Notes under the pieces: model-generated
What the model saw: the letters and a program-made list of their open reading frames with translations, nothing else
What the model was told of the DNA's origin: nothing
Databases searched by the model: none
Program-made: the position numbers and the translations under genes
In this document: positions 54,696-63,970 of the stretch, piece after piece
Position numbering within the stretch: position 1 is the stretch's first letter
Layout: the number at the start of each line of letters is the position of its first letter
Origin: Lingula anatina
Lineage: Eukaryota; Animalia; Brachiopoda
Direction: 5' to 3'
DNA: 64,000 nt
Assembly (NCBI GenBank): GCA_051362555.1
Contig: CM120640.1
Coordinates: 52,058,788-52,122,787, forward strand

Positions 54696-57600
54696 GAATG
54701 ACTTTTGTAAAATTTGCCCAATCATGCAGATTTTCAAAAAGAAATTGCCTTTTTATCAAACAAATAGTGAATTAAAATAAAACACGGTTTGGCATTAATA
54801 AAATGGACAATAAATGTGTTGAATAACAACGTCACTGGTGGCAACACAGGCAGAGACAATGTTCATAACATATACAGACACATTGTGTCTATATACAAAA
54901 AGTCACTATTCACTATTATCTTGTAAATCACTGATGTTGTTACTAATTATTTGGCCTCAACAGATTATTTTGTCTAAAAATCTCCCAGAAAAAAATAACA
55001 TGGACCTACTCTTTAACATTTTGTTCAAAATATGTGCACCAAGTAGGTTATGTTTATGTTCCGTAAGTCAGTATGTTTGCAAGTTAGTTTGTCTGTTCAC
55101 AACATTATACAAAAAGTTAAGGATAGATTATGATGAATTTTCAAAATAGATCAGAAATGGACCAAGGAACAAATGATTATTTTCTTGATACATTAACCTT
55201 TTTTTAATCATAGAATACCTTTCTGTGTTTGGTGACAAGCAGGAATGCCAGCATGGTAGTGCACATTATAGTGGAACTATTCACAAAAGCTGAAATTAAA
55301 TCCTCAAATTCATTTTCAGATCTAATGACTACACCACACTGACTGAAACTAATAGCATCATTTGAAAGAGTTCTTTTGAATTTCCCTTTTATGTAAGATA
55401 TAATATAAGCCTTAGGGCAAACGCTTTATACATTTACAGCTTCAAGCTGCTCTTGTTAGTTTTTATAGTACAATGATTGAGGAGAAAGTATTAACATGTT
55501 ATGCATTAAGTCACAATATTTGCATTAACAAAGTCACAATATATGCATATGAAGCATTGCTCAGATTTTTTTTAAATCCATGAATATCTGAAATATCGAA
55601 ATATTTTCAGGACTTACTGTATACTACATGCTGTGCCAAGTCTTTCACAGTCTGTCTCTGGTCTTCCACAACCACATCAGTTCCATACAAAGATGTCAAA
55701 CTGCCAGACGGGCGTAACTTGCCAGATGACCTGCGTGCTCGAGAAAAACTGTTCCTGCGAGACTCAAGGTTTTCTTTACGAGCCTCCATGTTAGTGTATT
55801 GAGCAGACTGAAGATATTCCTACAAATAAAAAATCAATAATAATGAATTCCACTATCTTGAGTATGCCATGAAATAATTACAGTAGTAATTTATTAAAAT
55901 AAAAACTTATGCACAGATTACATGTAAATTTTCAAAATAAAGAAATACAAAAAAAAAAAAAAAAAAAACACTGACCTTGAGTGAGAAAGGTTGTGCGAAG
56001 TCCACCCTAATGTTACCATAATGTGACATGAGAACTCTCCAGACAGCTTTCAAAGCTCCCCAGAATGTCTCCTTTATCTTTTGTTCACCCTGATAAATAT
56101 TACATTTCTAGGCCTTAACATGCAGGAAATTTAATTTTAAGAAAGCTACATTGCATGTTTAAAAGCTCAAACATGATATACTTTTCTGGTCACTGATATT
56201 TTCCAAACTATGGATAATATGGATAATTATTCAATGTGGATTTCAAATCACTTAAGACATCATATAAGAAATTTAAAATATCTGAGTGTAAAACTCACCA
56301 TCTGCTCTCTGATGAAAAAAGTACCATCTAAAATCTTTTCATAATTGATACTGACGGGAATAATGTAAGCATCTTCTAAGAGGCCTGAAAAACACAATCT
56401 TAATTTAACCAAAAAGTGTCCATTATCAGTGACCTTTTTGGTCTCAAATTTACATTAAAAGGTATCGATTTTTTCTACACATCCTGACCCTTAGTTATCA
56501 AAAGCTGACCCATGTTTCTTTAAATTTCCCTTACCATCCATGTATGAGTCAATGACTACAGACAACAGTCCTCCTTTGGGTGCAGCAGCCTTGCCACTCC
56601 TGGTCCTTCCTCCTTCAATGAAAAACTCCATATTCTGTCCTGCTCGTAAAAGCTCCTGCATGTACTGAAATTAAAAATTAGCTCAAACACACACTGCTGG
56701 TTCTTCAAATCTTTTATAGAAAGCTAACATATACAATATCTGACATGCTGTCAAGTTTGTGTGTAGATGCACATGACTTTGCACATAATATTTTGTCACT
56801 TACAGTGTGCAAAACAGCTCTGTACAGCAGGTCTTTCTTTCCTTCTACTTTGTCCAACTTTCTTCTTATAAAATAACCACCAAGCCCTCTCATGAAAGAT
56901 CTGAAATTAACACAATGCATTTCAGACAATTAATTTTAGGGAATCAGTGTGTCCAAAAATACCCTGTTAACCATATTTAACTAGTATACAAACACATTTA
57001 TTAATTAATATATGAAAAGACCAGAGATTTGATAAAACAATTTTTGTTATGCAACTTACATGAATACAAAAAGAATCTCACATGTTAATACCATAATTTC
57101 TTTAGCATCATGGTAGTACATGTATGCATGCAATTAAGCAAACTCACCCAAAAACCGGAATCATCAGGTTGTCCCCTGCAGCGACATGGGGCACCTTGAT
57201 CCCATAGTTGTACAGAATAAAAGTTACAACTACATAGTCAAGGTGACTACGATGGTGGGGCAGAAAGATCAAAGGATGACTGCTCTAGAAATAGGCAATT
57301 CATTTTTATGTTACCATCCAAGAAAAAAATAAACAGATAAAGTACTGCATGAGAGTTCCAAATTACAAAATATTATTAGTATTTTTTGCATAACCCACCT
57401 TATAGAGATTTTCAGTTTATTTTCAGCTACTCTAGGTGTATATGTAAATATAAAGCAAGTACTCAGGCACAGTCAGCTCAAGACTCCTATCCTCCAATTC
57501 AAGCAGCTTACATAAACTGACTTCTGGCATAACCGAGCTATTTCAAACAATAAATGTACTTTAGCTTTACATAGGGGAAAATACAAATATTCAATTCAGT

Positions 57601-60600
57601 TGTGTCTGACAGATATCAACTCAAAGACTGTGTACTATGTGAGGTACCTCTGCAGCTTTCTGAACCATTTCCATCTGACCTTTGTGAACTTGAACTGTTG
57701 ACAAGAAGTACCTCAGGACTCTGTGCAATACCCATGAGGTTAACCTGGAATTACACTCTGCCTTTGCAATACTCGAGGATATATGTTTTTTTTTTTTTTT
57801 TGTAACCTCTGATGAAAACCAAGAATTTTTTGCCATATATATATTGTCTTTAACATGGCATTCTATTTTATAAAATAACTCATAATATGCAATGAACATA
57901 CTTAGGGTAACACATCATCAAGTTAACATGTGCATTAATATTTCTGACTTGTGATTGTCCTAGTAAAATAAATTGAAGTCTAGTTGTCTTGAAATAGTAA
58001 TATTGACAAAAAACTAGCAACATATTTATGTTAAATAGAAATACACTTACTTGAGCAGAGACAGGGATATACCCGCTTTCATTTTACTAAGCAAATGATT
58101 AGCCCGTTTCATATGGAATGCAAGTTTCTCGGGCAACTGTTTGGGATCTTCAAATTCTTCTTCATTATCTAAGGAAAATGTTGTAGCTGCAAAAGGTATG
58201 ACAAAAAATAAATAATAATAAATTATGAGTGCAAATAATTAATCACAAACACAGAGAACAAAAGAACTGTCTTATGCTACTGGTTAGTTATATTCAAAGG
58301 AGTTTTTTTGTTTTGTTTTGTTTTGTTTTGTTTTGGTAATTCATTGACAAATAATAGTAATTCAGATTCAGTTCTTGGAAGGTATCCAAATAAGTTTGTT
58401 TGGGATGAAGCATGGGCTGTACATGCTTTGGCCAGTTTCCCATTGCAAAATCCAGCACATGTAACCACAAGCTATACCTTCCTTTGGACAATCCTGCCTT
58501 GCACATGTATCAAGAGTGGCCTGGATTCTGTAAAAGAAAATTTCAGTAAGTGCATCAGTACAACTGCAGCATTACCAGTGTTAGAAATACAGAGCATTAC
58601 ATGTATGATGCCATCTTTCCCAGAGGCAATGGTAATGCCTATTTGTGGTATCCCATCCACCTGTACATGCTCTATAGACCAGAATCTCTCTCTTCATATC
58701 CCATTTTAGTTACATGCCCTACAGTATTTTTATTCTCTGTAACATTTTCTATTATCATGATATCAAAGTAAAAAGATCCCCCCAAAAATGTACAATGTCC
58801 TTATATGAAAAGACAAATAGAAATATTTACCTTTTACTTTTCATGACTTGTTTAGCTACGTCTGGGTAAGTGATAGACGACTGCGTCCTAGACTGCAAGG
58901 TACAGCTGAAGGACATGCACACTCTGGCAAGATAACCTTTCCTCCTCCTGGACAGAAATGTCAAGGTTTCATAATTACTACAATACCTGGTTATATTAAC
59001 AAAATTAAATTTGTGACTTTATTGTATAATGTATTAATGATACTTCAAAATGAATCTAAGAAACCTTATTTTTTACATATTTTGATAATTACACATTAGC
59101 TGTGTATTCATGTAAGCTTACCTATATTCATCATATTCACGAAATACATCAGCAATATCTGGTTTTGATGTTGACTCCTGGTATAACCAATTCTGTCAAA
59201 ACAAAACATATAGGAACATCTTTGATTTTCTTCCACACAAGAAGATACATAAATTAAAATTTATACCAAATAATCAACATACTGATTTCACCTCTTCAGT
59301 CATGATCTCAGTTTCAAATAAGGTACATTTGTTTGGTCAGACCCAAGAGACAATGACTGCATTCCCACAGATTTTAGATCGATCTATCCCTGTGGGGAGT
59401 CTCACTAGATTACTGTCAGCTTAGCCGGCTTACTAGTAAATGTCTATCCCTCCTACTGAAAGCTGTGCATGCTCGGCTGACAGCGATTTAGCACGAACCC
59501 CCAGGGAGTTAGGTCGATCCAGATGGATCGATCTAAATCTGTGGGAATGCAGTCAAAGACAAACTTGTAATCTGGCTTAAACAGTGCAGTACACACAACA
59601 TCCACCTAGAAAATTTAATCTACTTGTATTACAGTACGGCTGGATTTATCCAGTTTGGGCTTATTAAATTTCTTAATATCAACACAGTTATCACATTTTG
59701 CAGAGGACTGGCTGATATCCATAGTCTACTTACCCTGCTGTTAGATAAACATTTTTCACAACATCTGCCCATAAACGGCCTTTGGAACTTATTGGTTTGA
59801 GGTGCAATGATAGGCATCACCTTAAAGAATCCCAAACTGGTGCCCAAGGGCTGAAAAAATGTCACAATAATCAAAACATATGTACTAGTACTCTGCATAT
59901 CTATTTTGGTATTTCTATATTTGAATTTTTAATTGTTAAAAAAATCAATAATCTAGAGCTCAACAGTATAGTATAGTATATTATACATTGATTAATGAAT
60001 CATCATGATGATCAATAGGATTGTAGTTGTTTAATGTTAAAAATGGTGCCCGTAAACTAGTAGCCATGCATTAAATATTGACATTTTTTGTATGACAAAA
60101 GGCTTAGTATTAGGACAGTTAGAGCGTCTTAAGCCTTGTAAAAACATTTATTTCTACTTGACTCATCAAATCATATTTTGTAAGCTGTTTTCTAAGAAAA
60201 CTGGCCATCCAAATAACAGCTGGATAGCTCTCTGGTAAAAGGTGTGTGGTTCACACTACTGATTAAAACTGCAAAGGAGACTGGGGAACATTAAAAACTA
60301 CATGTCTATTCAATCACTTAAGTTCTTAATTCAGAAATTTAAACCTCAATATTAAGAATGGACTGTTTTAATACTGTTTCAAAAGTGAACCTATCTGTGC
60401 CAGACAGTTCATTTAAACTGTCAAATGTACAGGCCATGGTGGCAGACTTACAACAGAGACTCCAGTGAACTTGTTCCTGTATTTTGATCTTCTCTGAGGA
60501 GGCTGTAGATTGTCTCCAAACTTGTCCTTCCATGCCTGCCTTCCAGCCTGCAAGTTGACAGACAGACCAGCTGGAGGTTCATAACCCTGCGTATTCTTTA

Positions 60601-60664
60601 AGTAAGGATTTCCTTTCTGTTCCCATTTGGCATACACTTGCTTCAGGTTATCAAAGTTCTCCAT
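49598..60664 (-). CDS. GPAM: Glycerol-3-phosphate acyltransferase 1, mitochondrial type (GPAT1/GPAM, PlsB family); 21 coding exons, 2676 nt, about 891 aa
   Basis: Acyltransferase motifs I HRSHLD, II GGYFIRR, III FFIEGGRTRSG, IV IIPVSINY; GPAT1-type N-terminal RPFMGRCC and later RVDFAQPFSLKEYL; all 20 intron phases are compatible. Confidence 0.92.
49962..50030 (-). CDS. GPAM: GPAT1 coding exon 20 (ENEFLGTIHQIALDRVEDGVAEF)
   Basis: TTTCAG acceptor, G|GTAAGA donor, phase 1/1. Confidence 0.8.
50241..50367 (-). CDS. GPAM: GPAT1 coding exon 19 (VLLDEPDCYNRFNFLLTVLAPYIESYW...)
   Basis: TTTCAG acceptor, CAG|GTAAAA donor, phase 0/1. Confidence 0.85.
50594..50803 (-). CDS. GPAM: GPAT1 coding exon 18 (PCTSLG...EYSSDEEEEEEVAFKKLQ)
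   Basis: CTACAG acceptor; acidic SDEE patch as in GPAT1; weak donor CAG|GTGGGG, phase 0. Confidence 0.8.
51100..51242 (-). CDS. GPAM: GPAT1 coding exon 17 (ATTVYGV...LCALLQYEFLFVP)
   Basis: TTTCAG acceptor, phase 1; GTAAGT donor. Confidence 0.85.
51466..51790. mobile_element. Non-autonomous DNA transposon with TTAA target duplication (Kolobok-like), 325 bp
   Basis: TTAA|AGGGATAATAACTCTT ... AAGAGTTATTATCCCT|TTAA: 16-bp perfect TIR (18/19 extended), TTAA on both sides. Confidence 0.8.
53371..53514. mobile_element. Decayed palindromic MITE-like element
   Basis: TGAAAAGAAGAC...TCCAGTAATGGTCTC mirrored by GAGACCATTACAGGA..GTCTTCTTTTCA. Confidence 0.5.
53934..54067 (-). CDS. GPAM: GPAT1 coding exon 16 (SLAGSEDSIG...FELRYYASGAISVFLMESII), probable GC donor
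   Basis: TTGCAG acceptor, phase 2; needs a phase-1 donor before an in-frame TAA; best site ATAG|GCATGT. Confidence 0.8.
54257..54426 (-). CDS. GPAM: GPAT1 coding exon 15 (GARLEELVQSFEWLKEEITFRGRDVGF...)
   Basis: TCATAG acceptor, AG|GTTGGT donor, phase 0/2. Confidence 0.85.
54644..54693. repeat. (AAT)n microsatellite
   Basis: About 16 units. Confidence 0.9.
55219..55289 (-). CDS. GPAM: GPAT1 coding exon 14 (TFVNSSTIMCTTMLAFLLVTKHRK)
   Basis: TTTCAG acceptor, AAG|GTATTC donor, phase 1/0. Confidence 0.85.
55618..55819 (-). CDS. GPAM: GPAT1 coding exon 13 (EYLQSAQ...RQTVKDLAQHVVY)
   Basis: TTGTAG acceptor, GTAAGT donor, phase 0/1. Confidence 0.85.
55976..56089 (-). CDS. GPAM: GPAT1 coding exon 12 (GEQKIKETFWG...YGNIRVDFAQPFSLK)
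   Basis: TATCAG acceptor, AAG|GTCAGT donor. Confidence 0.9.
56299..56384 (-). CDS. GPAM: GPAT1 coding exon 11 (motif IV IIPVSINYEK)
   Basis: TTTCAG acceptor, ATG|GTGAGT donor. Confidence 0.9.
56535..56664 (-). CDS. GPAM: GPAT1 coding exon 10 (motif III EFFIEGGRTRSGK)
   Basis: TTTCAG acceptor, G|GTAAGG donor. Confidence 0.92.
56804..56900 (-). CDS. GPAM: GPAT1 coding exon 9 (motif II LGGYFIRRKLD)
   Basis: TTTCAG acceptor, GTAAGT donor. Confidence 0.92.
57148..57284 (-). CDS. GPAM: GPAT1 coding exon 8 (catalytic motif I PHHRSHLDY)
   Basis: TTCTAG acceptor, GG|GTGAGT donor. Confidence 0.92.
57648..57744 (-). CDS. GPAM: GPAT1 coding exon 7 (LTSWVLHRVL...VQVHKGQMEMVQKAAE)
   Basis: TTCCAG acceptor, GAG|GTACCT donor; resembles GPAT1 IQIHKGQLEMV. 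Confidence 0.88.
58051..58186 (-). CDS. GPAM: GPAT1 coding exon 6 (...MKRANHLLSKMKAGISLSLLK)
   Basis: TTGCAG acceptor (alternative in-frame start at 58168), GTAAGT donor. Confidence 0.8.
58478..58527 (-). CDS. GPAM: GPAT1 coding exon 5, 50 nt (RIQATLDTCARQDCPKE)
   Basis: TTTTACAG acceptor, AAG|GTATAG donor; supplies the required phase 2 to 1 shift. Confidence 0.75.
58831..58947 (-). CDS. GPAM: GPAT1 coding exon 4 (RRKGYLARVC...YPDVAKQVMKSK)
   Basis: GTCCAG acceptor, AAG|GTAAAT donor, phase 2/2. Confidence 0.8.
59122..59192 (-). CDS. GPAM: GPAT1 coding exon 3 (NWLYQESTSKPDIADVFREYDEY)
   Basis: TGACAG acceptor, AG|GTAAGC donor, phase 0/2. Confidence 0.75.
59354..59555. mobile_element. MITE, 202 bp, with about 30-bp terminal inverted repeats
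   Basis: TGACTGCATTCCCACAGATTT(T)AGATCGATC ... GATCGATCTAAATCTGTGGGAATGCAGTCA; internal CTGTCAGC/GCTGACAG pair; flanks GAGACAA/AAGACAA may be a target duplication. Confidence 0.85.
59734..59850 (-). CDS. GPAM: GPAT1 coding exon 2 (PLGTSLG...QRPFMGRCCEKCLSNSR)
   Basis: TTTCAG acceptor, AGG|GTAAGT donor; RPFxGRCC is typical of GPAT1. Confidence 0.85.
60452..60664 (-). CDS. GPAM: GPAT1 coding exon 1 (MENFDNLKQVYAKWE...FTGVSV); the exon extends as 5' UTR to 60774
   Basis: ATG in ATTATGG context, upstream in-frame stop, donor GTT|GTAAGT phase 0, acceptor TTTTCTTTTAG at 60775. Confidence 0.75.
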
Positions 60665-61037
60665 AATGGTAAAAATTAAAGGAATATTATTTACTCCATT
60701 TCCATGACATCCTCCATATTCTTATACACCCTCATTTGGAGGTTCTTTCATAGGCAGTGAAAGACATTTCATACCTAAAAGAAAATAACAAAATTTAGTA
60801 AGAACTGGGCAAATGTTCATTATCTTCCCAAGTAAGGTAATTTTAAGTGGTGTTGATGAAGGCCCTGACACTGCCACAAAAGACTGTGCTACACATGCAA
60901 TTTTTAAGATAATTAACATATATTATTAACATATATTAACATATATGGTAAACTTTGTCACCTCCTTGTTCGAAAAAAAAAGTGATATTAAAGCTACTGG
61001 GGTATATTCAAACTAAACAAATAGGCATCACAATGGA

Positions 61038-61118
61038 AAAGCAAAACAGAGGCATGGAAGTCCACAACTTCAAAGTTTCAAAGCAAAACAGAGGCATGGA
61101 AGTCCACAATTTCAAAGT
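61038..61118. repeat. Tandem duplication, 2 x 42 bp (AAAGCAAAACAGAGGCATGGAAGTCCACAAyTTCAAAGT)
   Basis: Seen directly; near-identical copies. Confidence 0.9.
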
Positions 61119-62120
61119 CTACTATACACTATTATTTTTCCATCATTTATCTGGCTTTCTATATATACATGTATATGTGCATATACTACAGTAGAATTCA
61201 ATTATTAATCATACTGTGTGCAAGATGATGAATTTTAATGGAAAAATGAGGGGTTAATTGAAATATACACATTTTTAAAGATAAACTTATCTTACTGCCA
61301 TACTAAAAAGGGCACATGCATTGTTCTGTGCATAGCCTAGGACGACTTTGTCTAGTTGTTAAGACTACTGAGTAACACAACAACACAACTAATACAACAA
61401 CAACAACAACATCATCAGAATTACTACTGGTATACAGCACAAATTTGAAAGGGAGTCCATCCCACATCATGATGCTTTCATTAAGAAGTCTGCTACGGGT
61501 ATGAATGGTCTTGAAAAGGGATCAACTCAGGACTCGGACCCACATTTTAAACATTTTTGTTATTCTTATTGTTATTATTAATAATGCAGTTTTAAATGCA
61601 ACAACGTTAACTATTTACGTCTCATACACTTTTTCATTTGTGCCAACACTTACCACTAAAAAGCACATATATCATACAACCAATAACTTGTAAACATGTA
61701 TAAAAACCAGCCGCGAGCACGGTGGTACATGTACCTACAACATGACTGATATAGACTACCTTGACATAGTTTCCCAAGGTTAGCGTGAACACCAGCGCTA
61801 AATAACTGCGCATGTGCAACAGTAAGCTCTCAAAGTATGGTGGCCCCAAATCTATAAATTTTAAATCCAATGATGATGAATATCTTTTAAGTATATATAT
61901 ACTTCAACTCTTTCTCAATATATTTGTGCATGAGTCTTTCTTGGTGTGTGCTCGTGTGTATGTGTGTGGGCACGTATGTTTGTAATTGTAAGGGGTTATA
62001 AACTTATATAGCCTACTATAGTAGGTATAGGCCTACTCTCGCTTATAAAATACGGCAATCTGGGCACTGTACATGTACATGTACACTGCCGTTGGCCTGT
62101 TGAAGGTACTTATGCTTACT

Positions 62121-62430
62121 TATCATCCAGATAAAAAAAAAACAGTTTTCCGGCATCTAATTATTCAATAATACATCTTTCCCGTGCTGACTTAAAACAA
62201 TAAATATACCCTCTAAAATATAAAATATCGGCGTTTATATTTCTCGTTGCCATGTACCTATTGGTATGAGAATAAGCAACTCAAACCTTTAAGAATTTTG
62301 TAATCCCCTTTTTCTATCATCCAAAAATGAGGTTTTTCCTGCATCTAATTATTCAATAATGCATCAATTAATCTTTGTGTTGATTTACAACAATAAAAAC
62401 ACCTTGAAAATATAAAAGGTCGTCGTTTCA
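62121..62430. repeat. Degenerate direct repeat (about 62121-62238 and 62315-62430)
   Basis: Shared blocks TATCATCCA, GCATCTAATTATTCAATAAT, AACAATAAA and AAAATATAAAA. Confidence 0.7.
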
Positions 62431-62601
62431 ATGTATTGTAGGCCTATAAGCATATTGACAAATCAAAGCTAAAATCGTCAATTTAATTTTAACACCTTTC
62501 TATTAGGAGGTTAGATAGCAATCGGTACGAGGCGTAACGTCATCCGTGACCAAGATTTTATCACTAAAATTGGCATAGATTATCACGATTGTATGGGCTA
62601 C

Positions 62602-62710
62602 ACTTGTCCTCGTCGCATCAAATAGATATGTCCATTCCGTTTCATTTCTTTACCGTTGAACAAAAACAGTGCTCGCCTAGACAGTTATCGTCCACGACCA
62701 TGCCACGTTG
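62602..62710 (+). pseudogene. Degenerate, truncated 5S rDNA unit (spacer 3' end plus the first 21 nt of 5S)
   Basis: ATTCCGTTTCATTTC...CAAAAACAGTGCT...GACAGTTATC matches the array spacer; GTCCACGACCATGCCACGTTG (62690-62710) matches 5S nt 1-21 at 19/21. Confidence 0.8.
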
Positions 62711-62843
62711 GGGCAGAAATCACCAAATAATCTCCCATTGACGACCATACTAAGAAATGCCTGCAAAACTGCATGAACAAAAGTACTGGGTGAAACATTT
62801 CACATCCCCATGGACAGCAGACACACTGACTTAACTCCCAATG

Positions 62844-62846
<3 letters not shown>

Positions 62847-62879
<33 letters not shown>
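62847..62879. repeat. Poly(A) run of about 33 nt
   Basis: Seen directly. Confidence 0.9.
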
Positions 62880-62881
<2 letters not shown>

Positions 62882-63218
62882 GTCATCAAGTTAACTTTCG
62901 TACGAGCATTACTTGAACATGTGCACCCCTCTATTTGTAAACAAACCACTGCACCGCTCAAAGCCAGTAGCTCCCTCCGCCAGAGGTCTCACGACTGCAC
63001 CACAACTCTGCCTGGTCTTGAAAAAAATTGGCTGTAGTTTACACCCTAGCCCGCTATTTTACAGCAAAATTAGACCTAAAAATACGAGAGAAATGCCAGG
63101 AAAAAAAAAGAAAAATAGCACTGATTTTCTCTCACTGAACTACATTCGTATATAACAGTCAATGATTGGACAATTTAATGCATGGTTTCTGCCCTGAAAG
63201 TACTAGTTCAAGGTCATC

Positions 63219-63337
63219 GTCTACGACCATACCACGTTGAAAGCACCGGTTCTCGTCCGATCACCGAAGTTAAGCAACGTCGGGCCAGGTTAGTACTTGG
63301 ATGGGTGACCGCCTGGGAATACCTGGTGCCGTAGACA
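63219..63337 (+). rRNA. RNA5S: 5S rRNA, copy 1
   Basis: 119-nt metazoan 5S sequence with box A (AGTTAAGC) and box C (TGGATGGGTGACCGCCTG); complementary ends GTCTAC/GTAGAC; TTTTT terminator at 63340-63344. Confidence 0.97.
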
Positions 63338-63453
63338 CGTTTTTGACATTTTATTCGTAGCCGATTTCAGTTTCTTTCACTTACCACTTTTTTTTCTTTA
63401 AGTTTTCAATTTTTTCCAAATCACAGTTGCGCCGTTGTCTTCGTCTATCAGTG

Positions 63454-63492
63454 CGTCGGGCCACGTCTGGACTAGGATGGAAGACCGCCTGG
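63454..63492 (+). pseudogene. Degenerate 5S fragment (nt 60-98) embedded in spacer 1
   Basis: CGTCGGGCCACGTCTGGACTAGGATGGAAGACCGCCTGG matches 5S at 32/39 without gaps. Confidence 0.8.
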
Positions 63493-63594
63493 CCACCTTT
63501 ACTTGTCCTTTTTAGCGTGGCATCAAACAGATGTGTCGATTCCGTTTCATTTCCTTTCCGTCGATCAAAAACAGTGCTAGCGCGGACAGTCATC

Positions 63595-63713
63595 GTCTAC
63601 GACCATACCACGTTGAAAGCACCGGTTCTCGTCCGATCACCGAAGTTAAGCAACGTCGGGCCAGGTTAGTACATGGATGGGTGACCGCCTGGGAATACCT
63701 GGTGCCGTAGACA
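63595..63713 (+). rRNA. RNA5S: 5S rRNA, copy 2 (T79A variant)
   Basis: Identical to copy 1 except A at 63673; followed by TTTTT. Confidence 0.97.
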
Positions 63714-63829
63714 CGTTTTTGACATTTTATTCGTAGCCGATTTCAGTTTCTTTCACTTACCACTTTTTTTTCTTTAAGTTTTCAATTTTTTCCAAATCAC
63801 AGTTGCGCCGTTGTCTTCGTCTATCAGTG

Positions 63830-63868
63830 CGTCGGGCCACGTCTGGACTAGGATGGAAGACCGCCTGG
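63830..63868 (+). pseudogene. Degenerate 5S fragment embedded in spacer 2
   Basis: Identical to the fragment at 63454. Confidence 0.8.
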
Positions 63869-63970
63869 CCACCTTTACTTGTCCTTTTTAGCGTGGCATC
63901 AAACAGATGTGTCGATTCCGTTTCATTTCCTTTCCGTCGATCAAAAACAGTGCTAGCGCGGACAGTCATC

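Noticed and set aside
60215-60290. tRNA/SINE head-like GGATAGCTCTCTGGTAAAAGG
   Set aside because: A-box-like only; no B box or cloverleaf.
63345-63420. Spliced-leader RNA or snRNA linked to 5S (- strand GTG|GTAAGT in the spacer)
   Set aside because: No Sm-binding site or convincing stem-loops downstream of the donor-like motif; no snRNA similarity recognised.
63381-63969. Two identical 70-aa - strand ORFs and an 80-aa + strand ORF
   Set aside because: They are translations of the repeated 5S spacer; no coding features.
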